From: Paracoccaceae bacterium
GTDB lineage: Bacteria > Pseudomonadota > Alphaproteobacteria > Rhodobacterales > Rhodobacteraceae
Assembly (NCBI GenBank): GCA_038144485.1
Contig: JAYQNW010000014.1
Coordinates: 523,530 to 587,529, forward strand
Direction of reading: 5' to 3'
DNA length: 64,000 nucleotides
Made by a program: the position numbers and the translations under genes
Notes under the pieces: generated by a model
What the model was told of the DNA's origin: nothing
The model's input: the letters and a program-made list of their open reading frames with translations, nothing else
Database searches by the model: none
Shown: in pieces, positions 47,894 to 58,932 of the stretch
How positions within the stretch are numbered: position 1 is the first letter of the stretch
Layout of the letters: every line of letters begins with the position of its first letter

Positions 47894-50392
47894 TTACTTT
47901 TTGCGTTTGCCTTTTTTGGCACCACCCTTGGCGGCCTTTTCGGCGATAAGTTGAACGGCCATATCTATTGTCACGTCCTCGGGTTTGACGTCCTTGGGCA
48001 GGGTTGCGTTGATTTTGCCGAATTTGACATAGGCCCCATAGCGTCCGTCCATCACATTGACGGGGCCGCCATCGGTTGGGTGTTCGCCCAATTCCTTTAA
48101 CGGGGTGGCGGCGGTGCGGGCGGACCCACGGCTGGCCTTTTTGGCCAATTCTTCGACGGCGCGGTTCATGCCGATGGTAAAGACATCATCGACCTCTTTC
48201 AAATTGGCATAGGTGCGACCGTGTTTCACAAACGGGCCATAACGTCCAATCCCCGCCTCGATCATTTCGCCGTCTTCGGGGTGGGGGCCAATCTCACGCG
48301 GTAGATTCAGAAGCATCAAAGCGCGTTCCAAATCCATTTCCGCAGATGCCCATCCTTTGGGCAGGCTGGCGCGTGGTGGTTTGGGCGCTTCTTTCGTGGC
48401 CTCGCCCCGCTGAACATAGGGACCAAAGCGGCCAGACTTTAGGAAAATTTCATCCCCTGCATCTTCGCCCAGCAAACGATCCGAACTTTCGTCGATTTCA
48501 CCAGAGATTGGTCGCGTGAATGTGCATTCAGGATAATTGCCGCATCCCACAAACCCGCCCGTGCGCGATGATTTCAGGTGCAATGTTCCGTTTCCGCATT
48601 TCGGGCAGATGCGCGGATCGGTCCCATCCTCGCGCGGTGGGTAAAGTTGTGGCGCCAACGCGTCATCCAACACATCCAACACCTCGGTGATGCGCAGTTC
48701 CGATGTTTCCGAAATCGCTGCTGAGAAATCACGCCAGAATTTAGAAAGCAGTTCCAAATAATCTGAACCACCCGCGCTCACCAGATCCAATTGATCCTCA
48801 AGCGAGGCGGTAAAGTCATATTCCACATAGCGTTTGAAAAAATTCAAAAGGAACATTGTAACGATGCGCCCTTTATCCTCGGGGAATAAACGGTTGCTTT
48901 CCTTGCGGACATATTCGCGATCTTGGATCGTGGTGACGATGGATGCATAGGTTGAGGGGCGTCCAATACCCAATTCTTCCATCCGTTTGACCAATGTCGC
49001 CTCGGTATAACGGGGGGGCGGTTGGGTGAAATGCTGTTCGGGTGTGATGTCGCCTTTGGCCAAGGCTTCACCTTGCATGACTTGGGGCAGACGTTTGTCA
49101 TCATCATCCCCCGTTGGAGCATCATCACGACCCTCTTCATAAACGCGCATAAAGCCGTCGAACAAAACAACCTGACCATTGGCGCGCAAAACGACCTGTT
49201 GATCTGGGCTGGTGATATCAACGGTGGTGCGTTCCAATTTTGCCGCCGCCATTTGGCAGGCAATCGTCCGTTTCCAAATCAAATCGTATAATTTTCGTTG
49301 ATCCGCATCCGTCAATTTCAGCGTCGCTGCGTCCTTGGTGATTTCTGTGGGGCGGATACATTCGTGCGCCTCTTGCGCGTTCTTGGCTTTATTTTTGTAC
49401 ATGCGCGGGGACGAAGGCACATAATCTGCGCCGTATCTGGCGGCGATTGCATCACGGGTGGCCATGACGGCCTCGGGCGCCATGTCGATCCCGTCGGTTC
49501 GCATATATGTAATGTGACCCGCTTCATACAAACGTTGTGCGGCACTCATTGTTTGACGCGCACCCATGCCGAATTTGCGGCTGGCTTCTTGTTGCAGGGT
49601 TGAGGTCATGAACGGGGCAGAGGGGTTGCGCTGTGCCGGTTTTGATTCAACGGATTGCACAGATAGGTCGCGGCTTGTGATCGCCTGAACGGCCATTTCC
49701 GCCTGCGTGCTGTTTGCCAGATCATATTTATCCAGCTTTTTCCCAGCAAGGGATGTAAGACGCGCTTCAAAACTTTGGCCGCGTGGAGTGCTAAGTTGCG
49801 CCTTCACACTCCAGTATTCTTGGGGATTAAACGCCTCAATCTCCATTTCACGTTCAACGATTAGGCGCAGGCAAACGGATTGCACGCGACCAGCGGAACG
49901 CGCACCAGGTAATTTGCGCCACAATACAGGGGACAGATTAAAGCCCACCAAATAATCCAAGGCGCGTCGCGCCAAATATGCATGCACCAAGGGGGCATCC
50001 ACATCGCGTGGATTTTTCATCGCTTCGGTCACAGCAGATTTTGTAATTGCGTTAAACACAACGCGCGTGACTTCGGTGTCCTTTTTGATTGCGCGGCGTT
50101 TGCGCAATGTTTCCTCTAGGTGCCAACTGATTGCTTCCCCTTCGCGGTCAGGGTCGGTGGCAAGGATCAGGGCGTTGTCATCTTTTAAGGCATCTGCAAT
50201 CGCCTTGACGTGTTTTTTGCTGTCGTTCCCGACTTCCCATGTCATTGCGAAATTATCATCAGGATTGACCGAGCCATCTTTGGGCGGCAAATCACGCACG
50301 TGACCATATGAGGCCAGAACCGTATATTCCGATCCCAAATATTTGTTAATTGTCTTTGCCTTAGCAGGGGATTCAACAACAACAACGGGCAT
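47894..50392 (-). CDS. topA: DNA topoisomerase I
   Basis: The ATG at 50392 gives MPVVVVESPAKAKTINKYLG. Toprim and catalytic domains, C-terminal zinc-ribbon CPKCGNG, and a lysine-rich tail are present. Confidence 0.95.
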   Translation of the reverse strand: MPVVVVESPAKAKTINKYLGSEYTVLASYGHVRDLPPKDGSVNPDDNFAMTWEVGNDSKKHVKAIADALKDDNALILATDPDREGEAISWHLEETLRKRRAIKKDTEVTRVVFNAITKSAVTEAMKNPRDVDAPLVHAYLARRALDYLVGFNLSPVLWRKLPGARSAGRVQSVCLRLIVEREMEIEAFNPQEYWSVKAQLSTPRGQSFEARLTSLAGKKLDKYDLANSTQAEMAVQAITSRDLSVQSVESKPAQRNPSAPFMTSTLQQEASRKFGMGARQTMSAAQRLYEAGHITYMRTDGIDMAPEAVMATRDAIAARYGADYVPSSPRMYKNKAKNAQEAHECIRPTEITKDAATLKLTDADQRKLYDLIWKRTIACQMAAAKLERTTVDITSPDQQVVLRANGQVVLFDGFMRVYEEGRDDAPTGDDDDKRLPQVMQGEALAKGDITPEQHFTQPPPRYTEATLVKRMEELGIGRPSTYASIVTTIQDREYVRKESNRLFPEDKGRIVTMFLLNFFKRYVEYDFTASLEDQLDLVSAGGSDYLELLSKFWRDFSAAISETSELRITEVLDVLDDALAPQLYPPREDGTDPRICPKCGNGTLHLKSSRTGGFVGCGNYPECTFTRPISGEIDESSDRLLGEDAGDEIFLKSGRFGPYVQRGEATKEAPKPPRASLPKGWASAEMDLERALMLLNLPREIGPHPEDGEMIEAGIGRYGPFVKHGRTYANLKEVDDVFTIGMNRAVEELAKKASRGSARTAATPLKELGEHPTDGGPVNVMDGRYGAYVKFGKINATLPKDVKPEDVTIDMAVQLIAEKAAKGGAKKGKRKK

Positions 50393-50469
50393 AAAATATC
50401 CTTTCGACTCGCACATGGTGCCATGGCGGCGGAACATGGTCGTGTTCAAAGGGCTTTGTCAATGCACGT

Positions 50470-51629
50470 TTAATGACCTTTGTGATCTTTGTGCTCATTC
50501 CCGCTTAGGCTGACCATTCCACCAGACTGTCTTTCTATTTGGCCCTCAATCTCTAGATCGACAAGGGCAGGGGCAATTTGTGCAGCCGATGCTTTAAGGT
50601 CGCGGATCAATTGATCCTCCGCCAAGGGAGAGGGGGAAGACGGGCAAGAATGCGTTGATGCAACTTGACGGTTTCACGCAAACCACGGTTGGGAAGCGGT
50701 TTTGGCGTGTCGGATATAATGTCAGTTTGCAGGGGCAATTTTGGCAGTGCTTCAATGATGTCTTCAGCATTTCGGACCAATGTCGCGCCATCGCGGATCA
50801 AAATGTTGCAGCCCGATGCACGCGCGTCAAACGGATGGCCTGGAACCGCATAGACATCGCGCCCCTGATCCAGCGCGGTTTTGGCGGTGATCAAACTGCC
50901 TGATTTTGCGGCCGCTTCGATGACAACGATTGCCTGCGACAATCCTGAAATCAACCGATTGCGTACGGGGAAATGCCGCGCTTGGGGTTGGGTTCCCATG
51001 GGTTGTTCAGAAATAAGCAGACCATTTTCACGGATTTGCCGCGTTAATTGCGCGTTTTCAGCAGGGTAGACAACATCGACCCCACCGCCCAGCACGGCAA
51101 TCGTTCCTGTGCCAATCGCGGCGGCGTGTGCGGCCGTATCGACGCCACGCGCAAGCCCCGAACAAATCGCATACCCCTCTTCCCCCAAAGTGGTGGCCAA
51201 AAACCGTGACATACGGGTTCCCAGGGAGGAGGCATTGCGCGCCCCGACAAGGCCAAGGGTTGGGCGGTGCAAAAGTGTGGGATCCCCCACCGCCCAGAAA
51301 AAGGGGGGCGCATCGTTTAGATCATTGAATCCTGCGGGATAGGCGGGCGTGCCCCGAAAAATAAGATGTGCGCCTGCTTTTTGACCGCGGCGCATTTCGG
51401 CGATGGCGTGTTCTTCGCCATGGGGTATATAATTATCGACACCTGCGGCGCGGGCAACCTCGGGCAAATGCTCTAGTGCGCATTGTGCTGTGCCATGCTC
51501 TTCTAACAGTCTGTAAAACGTGCTGATCCCCACCCTGCGAGAGCGCAAGAGACGAAGCCACGCTAATCTGTCCTCTTCCTTGAGTGGTGGGATTAGGGGG
51601 TGAGCGGAAGAATTAGTTTGAACAGCCAT
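50470..51629 (-). pseudogene. dprA: DNA-processing protein DprA with a 1-nt deletion-type frameshift in a C5 run (plus-strand G5 at 50632-50636)
   Basis: The main frame ends ...HQRILARLPPLPWRRIN at 50607. The neighbouring frame continues SPLAEDQLIRDLKASAAQIAPALVDLEIEGQIERQSGGMVSL to a stop at 50470, which is the usual DprA C-terminal winged-helix domain. Confidence 0.8.
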
Positions 51630-51684
51630 CGTCGCTCCGTCGTCTTGCGGAATCAGCAATAGCGCAGATTTGGTTAACGCGGGA

Positions 51685-53112
51685 TTAACGCGCGCCGCCA
51701 GATCCGCCAACAGTTAGCCCACCAATCAAAACAGACGGCTGTCCAACCCCAACGGGAACCCATTGCCCAGATTTTCCGCATGTTCCCATGCCGGGGTCCA
51801 ATTCCATATCGTTTCCAAGGCCGCGGATATGTTTCAATGCGGTTGCGCCATCTCCGATCAGAGTTGCCCCTTTAATCGGTGCGCCGACCTGACCATTTTG
51901 TACGCGGTAGGCTTCGGTGCAAGAAAAGACGAACTTTCCGTTGGTGATATCAACCTGACCGCCGCCAAATCCCACGGCGTAAATCCCATCCTTCAGATCG
52001 GACAGTAATTCGGCGGGGGTTGCATTGCCGCCTTCCATAATGGTGTTGGTCATGCGCGGCATAGGGGCATGCGCATAACTTTGGCGGCGTCCGTTCCCTG
52101 TGGGGGCGACCCCCATCAAACGTGCATTTTGACGGTCCTGCATAAATCCAACCAAAATACCATTTTCGATCAAAACATTGCGCGAACTTGGCGTGCCTTC
52201 ATCATCAATGGTGATTGATCCGCGCCGATTTGGAAGGGTGCCATCATCGACAACGGTTACACCCTTGGCCGCAACTTGTTGTCCGAATAAACCTGCAAAT
52301 GCGCTGGTGCCTTTGCGGTTAAAGTCACCTTCTAATCCATGTCCAACAGCTTCGTGCAATAGGATGCCTGGCCAACCTGGCCCCAACACAATGTCCATCA
52401 CACCTGCGGGGGCATCTTCAGCGCTTAGGTTCACGGTCGCGATGCGCAATGCCTCTCGGGCCGTTGCCTTCCATTTGTCTGGGGTAATCAACTCGGATAA
52501 CGCATATCGTCCACCGCCCCCTGCTGATCCGTTTTCGCGGCGGCCGTCCTGTTCCACAATCACCGAAATATTAAGACGCGTCAGTGGACGCACATCGCCC
52601 CAAATCTCATCTTCAGGACGCAGAATCATGATTTCTTGCAGGTTGGTTGCAATTGATGCGGAAACTTGCACCACACGTTTATCTAATGTGCGCAAATAAT
52701 CGTCGATTTCCTTGAGCAGATCGACTTTGGCCGAAAACGTAATTTCCTCAGTTGGATCAAAACTGTCATAGAGTGCGCGGTTGCTACGGCTGGGGGCATT
52801 GGCCAAGCGTGCCTCGCCCTGTCCTGCGGCCAAACCAACAGTATTTGATGCCCGTTTCAGCGCGGCTTCGGTCATTTCGGTGGAATGCGCATATCCCGTG
52901 ACTTCGCCGCGAACGGCCCGCAAACCAAATCCTTCGCTGGCGTCAAAATTGGCAGACTTTAGTCGACTATCGTCCAACATCAGATTCTCTGACCGGCGAC
53001 GTTCGATGAATAATTCACCATCATCCGCACCCGCGCAGGTGTTTTTCAGAATATTTAAGGCCTCAGATCGATCAAAATACTGTTCGAATGGATTGAAATC
53101 TGTGTCTGACAT
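51685..53112 (-). CDS. tldD: Metalloprotease TldD
   Basis: The ATG at 53112 gives MSDTDFNPFE. The HEAVGHGLEGD zinc motif is present. 475 aa. Confidence 0.9.
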   Translation of the reverse strand: MSDTDFNPFEQYFDRSEALNILKNTCAGADDGELFIERRRSENLMLDDSRLKSANFDASEGFGLRAVRGEVTGYAHSTEMTEAALKRASNTVGLAAGQGEARLANAPSRSNRALYDSFDPTEEITFSAKVDLLKEIDDYLRTLDKRVVQVSASIATNLQEIMILRPEDEIWGDVRPLTRLNISVIVEQDGRRENGSAGGGGRYALSELITPDKWKATAREALRIATVNLSAEDAPAGVMDIVLGPGWPGILLHEAVGHGLEGDFNRKGTSAFAGLFGQQVAAKGVTVVDDGTLPNRRGSITIDDEGTPSSRNVLIENGILVGFMQDRQNARLMGVAPTGNGRRQSYAHAPMPRMTNTIMEGGNATPAELLSDLKDGIYAVGFGGGQVDITNGKFVFSCTEAYRVQNGQVGAPIKGATLIGDGATALKHIRGLGNDMELDPGMGTCGKSGQWVPVGVGQPSVLIGGLTVGGSGGAR

Positions 53113-53301
53113 GCGCCGATCCTCATTATATTCGTCATTTTGAAGATAAAAATTCAATTAGCGTCCGTTTGACGCAAGCTTAAATCTTTATTTCTGTGAA
53201 TAAATATGGTTTTAAGCGCGGTGAATACAACGGGATTCCTTTCAAAGTTCGGCTTTGAGAGCCGTTTTAGTTGGAATAATTGAAACCGATCAGGGTGTAA
53301 A

Positions 53302-54183
53302 ATGCGACTGAAATCACTTGTTACTGGCCTAGCGGCTATGTTTGCGGCGGCCCCTGCGATTGCGCAGGAAGGTTTGCAAATCATCGGAGTTCCCACTGAC
53401 AAAGGTCTTGGCTTTCAGCCAGCAGCGACAGAATTGGCGCGCGATCTTCAGTGGTTGGATGGTATGATTCTTTGGATCATCACAGCAATCTCAATCTTTG
53501 TGGTTGGGCTATTGGCAATCGTTATCGTGCGCTACAACCGTCGCGCCAACCCAGAGCCAGCCTCATTCACACACAATACACCAATCGAAGTTTTGTGGAC
53601 TGTTGGCCCAATCTTGATTCTATTGTTCATCGGATCTTTCTCTCTTCCAGTATTGTTCAAACAGCAGGAAATTCCAGAAGGCGAAGTGAACATCAAAGTC
53701 ACAGGGTATCAGTGGTACTGGGGTTACGAATACACAGATCACGATTTCGCATTCGACAGCTACATGATCGGTCAGCCTGCGACAGTTGGTAACTATGTTC
53801 TAACAGACGAAGTTGAAGCGGCCTTGGTTGAAGCGGGCTATTCGCGGAACGAATTCCTATTGGCAACAGACACAGCCGTGGTTGTTCCAGTAAACAAAAC
53901 AGTTGTTATGACCGTGACCGGAGCGGACGTTATCCATTCATGGACAATCCCAGCGTTCGGCGTAAAGCAGGACGGCGTTCCAGGACGTTTGGCGCAGCTT
54001 TGGTTCAAAGCTGAAAAAGAAGGCGTATACTTCGGTCAGTGTTCTGAACTATGCGGCAAGGACCACGCATACATGCCAATCACAGTCAAAGTCGTAAGCG
54101 AAGAAGCCTACGAAAACTGGCTGAAGGGTGCAAAAGAAGAGTATGCAAGCGCACCTGCTTCATACGCAGTTGCCTCTAAGTAA
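53302..54183 (+). CDS. coxB: Cytochrome c oxidase (aa3) subunit II
   Basis: 293 aa with a signal peptide, two TM helices and the CuA site HSW...[12 protein letters not shown]. Confidence 0.95.
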   Translation: MRLKSLVTGLAAMFAAAPAIAQEGLQIIGVPTDKGLGFQPAATELARDLQWLDGMILWIITAISIFVVGLLAIVIVRYNRRANPEPASFTHNTPIEVLWTVGPILILLFIGSFSLPVLFKQQEIPEGEVNIKVTGYQWYWGYEYTDHDFAFDSYMIGQPATVGNYVLTDEVEAALVEAGYSRNEFLLATDTAVVVPVNKTVVMTVTGADVIHSWTIPAFGVKQDGVPGRLAQLWFKAEKEGVYFGQCSELCGKDHAYMPITVKVVSEEAYENWLKGAKEEYASAPASYAVASK

Positions 54184-54249
54184 GATCGTATTCCCCAAGC
54201 GCCTGTTGGTGGTTGGGGATCAGTTTATGTAACGGATAAAGCGACCGAA

Positions 54250-55188
54250 ATGAGCGACGCAAGCCTACATAATGTGACCCATGAAAACGAAGCGCAGTTT
54301 GGCGATTATTTCGCCCTGCTGAAACCGCGCGTTATGACGTTGGTGGTGTTCACGGCCTTTGTTGGGTTGTTGGCGGCCCCCGTTTCGGTCCATCCGTTTG
54401 TCGGATTTACCGCGATTTTGTTCATCGCGCTGGGCGGTGGTGCCTCGGGTGCATTGAACATGTGGTATGATGCCGACATTGACGCAGTGATGCGTCGCAC
54501 CAAAAAACGCCCAATCCCTGCAGGAAAAGTCACCGCGGATGAGGCCAAGGCATTTGGCATCGCGCTTTCTGGCATCTCGGTTGTGATGCTGGGGCTTGCC
54601 ACCAATTGGTATGCGGCAGGGTTGTTGGCGTTTACGATTTTCTTCTACGTTGTGATCTACACAATGTGGCTAAAGCGTTGGACCCCGCAAAACATCGTCA
54701 TCGGTGGTGCGGCGGGCGCATTCCCTCCGATGATCGGATGGTTGGCGGCGACGGGCAGCATGTCAATCGAAGCAGTGTTGATGTTTACATTGATCTTTAT
54801 GTGGACGCCCCCGCATTTCTGGGCCTTGGCCTTGTTTATGCGCAACGACTATGACGATGCAGAAGTGCCGATGTTAACAGTGACACATGGACGTCGCGCG
54901 ACACGCAATCACATTTTGGGCTACACAGTGTTGTTGGCCGTCTTGGCGATTGCCACAGGGTTCACATCAATTGGTGGTGTCTTTTATCTAACCGTGGCGA
55001 TTGTGTTGAATGCGCAGTTCCTATGGGGTGCGATCAAAATCTGGCGCCGTGATGAAGACGCATCAGAGGCGGATAATTTTGCGGTTGAACGCAAATTCTT
55101 TAAACTTTCACTATTGTATCTATTCGCGCATTTCGGTGCGATCCTGCTTGAGGCTGGATTAACCCGCTATGGAATTGAGGTGCTGTAA
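54250..55188 (+). CDS. ctaB: Protoheme IX farnesyltransferase (heme O synthase)
   Basis: 312-aa polytopic UbiA-family protein with [19 protein letters not shown]. Confidence 0.9.
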   Translation: MSDASLHNVTHENEAQFGDYFALLKPRVMTLVVFTAFVGLLAAPVSVHPFVGFTAILFIALGGGASGALNMWYDADIDAVMRRTKKRPIPAGKVTADEAKAFGIALSGISVVMLGLATNWYAAGLLAFTIFFYVVIYTMWLKRWTPQNIVIGGAAGAFPPMIGWLAATGSMSIEAVLMFTLIFMWTPPHFWALALFMRNDYDDAEVPMLTVTHGRRATRNHILGYTVLLAVLAIATGFTSIGGVFYLTVAIVLNAQFLWGAIKIWRRDEDASEADNFAVERKFFKLSLLYLFAHFGAILLEAGLTRYGIEVL

Positions 55189-55349
55189 TGAACTTCCCAA
55201 AAGAACACGAACTACATCAACGCCGTAAGGGCCGTAATCTTGGCCTGGGCCTTGTATTGGTTGCATTTGTTGCGATTGTTTTCGGCCTAACTGTCGTTAA
55301 AGTATCTGGTGATATTTCAGGTGCTATCGCGGGCGAGGTCGGACGATGA
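55188..55349 (+). CDS. Small single-TM protein (53 aa) between ctaB and ctaG
   Basis: Hand-translated: [58 protein letters not shown] overlap with ctaB, and its TGA overlaps an ATG at 55346. Confidence 0.5.
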   Translation: MNFPKEHELHQRRKGRNLGLGLVLVAFVAIVFGLTVVKVSGDISGAIAGEVGR

Positions 55350-55377
55350 GCTCGATTGATCCCAAGAAAAAACAGCC

Positions 55378-55929
55378 ATGCAGGCCCTGACATTGGTAGT
55401 TGTGATGGGCGCGCTGGCGTGGGCGTCTGTGCCATTTTATGACTGGTTCTGCCGCGTAACCGGATTTGGTGGTGTCACGAATACGGCCGAGGCGGGATCT
55501 GATGTAATTTTGGATCGCACTATTAAGGTGCGTTTTGACGCATCGCTTGAGCGCGATATGCCATGGGAATTCAAACCCATGCAGCGTCAAATGGAAGTAA
55601 AAATTGGTGAAACAGGCTTGGCGTTTTATGAGGCCTATAACCCGTACGACCGCCCAATCGCTGGATCAGCGTCCTATAATGTAACCCCCTACGAGGCGGG
55701 TGCATTTTTCACGAAAATTGACTGTTTCTGCTTCGAAGAGCAGGTTTTGCAACCCGGCGAACGTGTGCAAATGCCTGTCACTTTCTTTGTGGACCCGGAA
55801 TTGGTAGACGACCGTGATGCGAAATATACAAAAGTCATCACATTGTCGTACACCTTTTATGAAATCGATCTGCCCGAGGAGACAGCGCTTGTTTCACCGG
55901 ATACAGATGAACTAACGAAACTTAACTAA
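55378..55929 (+). CDS. ctaG: Cytochrome c oxidase assembly protein CtaG/Cox11
   Basis: Contains WASVPFYDWFCRVTGFGG and the CFCF copper motif. The start may originally have been the ATG at 55346 (see finding). Confidence 0.9.
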   Translation: MQALTLVVVMGALAWASVPFYDWFCRVTGFGGVTNTAEAGSDVILDRTIKVRFDASLERDMPWEFKPMQRQMEVKIGETGLAFYEAYNPYDRPIAGSASYNVTPYEAGAFFTKIDCFCFEEQVLQPGERVQMPVTFFVDPELVDDRDAKYTKVITLSYTFYEIDLPEETALVSPDTDELTKLN

Positions 55930-55950
55930 ACCTTCCGACGAGGGATCAAA

Positions 55951-56784
55951 ATGGCGCATGTAAAAAATCACGACTATCACATTCTAAACCCATCGCTCTG
56001 GCCACTGCTGGGCGCTGTTGCTGCATTTGTAATGCTTTTTGGCGCAACAATTGCGATGAAAGGCGAAACAACGATCTTGGGCGGAATGATTACCCTTTCT
56101 GGTCCTTGGATGGGGCTTATCGGCTTTGTTGGTGTTCTATATGTCATGTTCGGTTGGTGGGCTGACACAGTGACTGAAAACAAAGTGGGCGACCATACAC
56201 CAGTTGTTTTGATCGGCCTGCGCTATGGTTTCATCCTGTTCATCATGTCAGAGGTGATGTTCTTCTCTGCATGGTTCTGGTCATTCTTTAAGCACGCGAT
56301 GTACCCAATGGGCGAAATGAGCCCTATGGTGGACGGTGTTTGGCCACCTGTAGGCATCGAAACATTTGATCCATGGCACCTCCCATTGATCAACACATTG
56401 ATCCTATTGTGTTCAGGTGCCGCGGCAACATGGGCGCACCACGCGATTGCGCACGAAGGCAACCGCAAGGACATGATCAATGGTTTGGCAATTGCTGTTG
56501 CACTTGGCCTGATCTTCACAGTGTTCCAGGCGTATGAATACCAGCACGCGGCCTTTGGTTTCTCTGGAAACATCTATGGCGCGAACTTCTTTATGGCGAC
56601 TGGTTTCCACGGTTTCCACGTGATCGTTGGTACGATCTTCTTGTTCATCTGTATGCTACGTGCGATGCGCGGTCACTTTAGCCCAGAACAACACTTGGGC
56701 TTTGAAGCGGCGGCATGGTACTGGCACTTTGTTGACGTTGTATGGTTGTTCCTATTCGCAGCTGTCTATGTCTGGGGCGGCTAA
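55951..56784 (+). CDS. ctaE: Cytochrome c oxidase subunit III
   Basis: 277-aa seven-TM protein with [12 protein letters not shown] and [11 protein letters not shown]. Confidence 0.95.
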   Translation: MAHVKNHDYHILNPSLWPLLGAVAAFVMLFGATIAMKGETTILGGMITLSGPWMGLIGFVGVLYVMFGWWADTVTENKVGDHTPVVLIGLRYGFILFIMSEVMFFSAWFWSFFKHAMYPMGEMSPMVDGVWPPVGIETFDPWHLPLINTLILLCSGAAATWAHHAIAHEGNRKDMINGLAIAVALGLIFTVFQAYEYQHAAFGFSGNIYGANFFMATGFHGFHVIVGTIFLFICMLRAMRGHFSPEQHLGFEAAAWYWHFVDVVWLFLFAAVYVWGG

Positions 56785-56822
56785 GCGACCAACATGTTAC
56801 GCATGTAAATTATGAATGAAAG

Positions 56823-56848
56823 CGCGCGAAGTCTGACTTCGCGCGTTT
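56823..56848 (+). terminator. Rho-independent-type hairpin after ctaE
   Basis: cgcgcgaagt-ctg-acttcgcgcg is a perfect 10-bp stem followed by ttt. Confidence 0.55.
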
Positions 56849-56863
56849 CCTACTTGGGGGACA

Positions 56864-57535
56864 GTGGTGCGGCGCACAATTTTTATTCTGATTATCGGTC
56901 TGGCGGGGATTGCAGTTTTGCTATCGCTGGGAACATGGCAGGTCCAACGCCTTGCTTGGAAAGAGGGTATTCTGGCGGAAATTGATGCGAAGATTGCGGG
57001 TACTCCAATCACACTTCCCCTTTCGCCACGTGAAGAGGCGCACAAATATCAACCTGTCGAAATTTCAGGACGTTTCCTTGAAGCCCGTATCCGTGTGCTG
57101 GTAAGCCAGAAATTGATCGGCGCAGGGTATCGTATCATTCAACCGTTTCAGACAGATGATGGTGTCATTCTAGTTGACCGTGGGTTTGTTAAAATTAACC
57201 AAACCGAAGATTTGCGAAATGATGCGGCAACGGTTCTGGGCAATTTGCATTGGCCGGATGAGGTGGATGAATATACCCCCGAACCTGACCTAACGCGGGA
57301 CATATGGTTTGCGCGCGACGTCCCAACGCTGGCAAAGGCATTGAACGCTGATCCTGTCCTGGTGATCGCACGCGAAATTACCCCCAACAGTGAAAAAGTT
57401 TCACCGATCCCTATTTCCAGCAGTGGTATTCCCAACGATCATCTGCAATATGCAATTACATGGTTTTCGCTTGCCGCTGTTTGGGCAGGGATGAGCGGCC
57501 TTTTCCTATTTGGGACACGCAGAAGAAAGAGTTAA
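56864..57535 (+). CDS. SURF1-family cytochrome oxidase biogenesis protein
   Basis: 223 aa with a GTG start. Contains GTWQVQRLAWKEGIL and the C-terminal NDHLQYAITWFSLA. Confidence 0.85.
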   Translation: MVRRTIFILIIGLAGIAVLLSLGTWQVQRLAWKEGILAEIDAKIAGTPITLPLSPREEAHKYQPVEISGRFLEARIRVLVSQKLIGAGYRIIQPFQTDDGVILVDRGFVKINQTEDLRNDAATVLGNLHWPDEVDEYTPEPDLTRDIWFARDVPTLAKALNADPVLVIAREITPNSEKVSPIPISSSGIPNDHLQYAITWFSLAAVWAGMSGLFLFGTRRRKS

Positions 57536-57540
57536 GAGAC

Positions 57541-58932
57541 ATGAAATATATCTCAACCCGCGGCAATGCACCGATCCTTAGCTTCGAAGAAGCGATGCTC
57601 ACGGGCTTGGCACGTGATGGGGGGCTTTATGTTCCAGAGAGTGTGCCAACTCTTTCTCATGCCGATATCGCTGCGATGGCGGGCAAATCCTATGAAGAGA
57701 TCGCATTTCAGGTCATGCGCCCCTTTGTTGGGGATACCTTCACAGATGCGGAATTCACGGACATTATTTCGAAGGCCTACGCAAACTTTGGCCATTCGGC
57801 GCGTGCGCCCATGGTGCAGTTGGACAGTAACCATTTCTTGCTAGAGCTTTTCCACGGTCCAACCCTTGCGTTCAAAGATTTCGCAATGCAGTTGATCGGG
57901 CAATTGTTTCAGGTGGCGCTAAACCGCCGTGGGGATCGTGTCACCATCGTGGGCGCAACAAGTGGCGATACAGGCAGCGCCGCGATCGAGGCGTTTCGCG
58001 GTCTGGATGCGGTGGATGTGTTCATCCTTTACCCACACGGGCGCGTGTCAGAGGTACAGCGCCGCCAAATGACAACACCAACGGAATCGAATGTTCACGC
58101 CTTGGCCGTTGATGGAACCTTTGATGATTGCCAATCCCGCCTAAAGGATATGTTCAATGATTTTGAATTCCGCGATGGTGTGAAGCTGGCAGGTGTGAAT
58201 TCGATCAACTGGGCGCGTGTTTTGGCGCAGGTTGTCTACTATTTCTCATCCGCGGTTCAACTGGGCGCGCCACATCGCAAGATCAGCTTTACCGTACCAA
58301 CAGGCAACTTTGGGGATATCTTTGCGGGCTATATTGCCAAACGCATGGGGCTTCCGATTGATCGTTTGGTTGTGGCCACAAACCAAAACGATATTTTGCA
58401 TCGCTGCCTTAGCACGGGTGAATACCGCATGGGCAATGTGATCCCATCCATCAGCCCGTCGATGGATATTCAGATCAGTTCAAATTTTGAACGCGCGATG
58501 TTTGATGCCTATGATCAGGATGGGGCCGCGATTGCCAACGTCATGAATGAATTAAAAACCAATGGCGGCTTTGCCCTATCACAGGGTGTTATGGACGCAT
58601 TGCGCGAAAACTTTGACAGTGGCCGCGTAAGCGAGGCAGAAACATCCGCCGAAATCACCCACAGTCTGGCCGCGCATGCCGAGCTTTTGTGTCCACACAG
58701 CGCAATCGGAACACAGGTTGCGGACCGCTTGCGTGATCCGAATACGCCCATGATCACATTGGCCACGGCGCATCCTGCGAAATTCCCTGACGCGGTCGAG
58801 GCCGCAACAGGTATTCGCCCCCCTTTACCCCCGCGCATGTCCGACCTATTTGAGCGGGACGAACGCGTAACTCGCGTTGACAACAACCTTGATGCGCTAA
58901 AGGCCATTGTAAAAGATCGGATCGCAAATTGA
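57541..58932 (+). CDS. thrC: Threonine synthase
   Basis: The ATG at 57541 gives MKYISTRGNAP. The PLP lysine motif PTLAFKDFA is present. 463 aa. Confidence 0.95.
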   Translation: MKYISTRGNAPILSFEEAMLTGLARDGGLYVPESVPTLSHADIAAMAGKSYEEIAFQVMRPFVGDTFTDAEFTDIISKAYANFGHSARAPMVQLDSNHFLLELFHGPTLAFKDFAMQLIGQLFQVALNRRGDRVTIVGATSGDTGSAAIEAFRGLDAVDVFILYPHGRVSEVQRRQMTTPTESNVHALAVDGTFDDCQSRLKDMFNDFEFRDGVKLAGVNSINWARVLAQVVYYFSSAVQLGAPHRKISFTVPTGNFGDIFAGYIAKRMGLPIDRLVVATNQNDILHRCLSTGEYRMGNVIPSISPSMDIQISSNFERAMFDAYDQDGAAIANVMNELKTNGGFALSQGVMDALRENFDSGRVSEAETSAEITHSLAAHAELLCPHSAIGTQVADRLRDPNTPMITLATAHPAKFPDAVEAATGIRPPLPPRMSDLFERDERVTRVDNNLDALKAIVKDRIAN

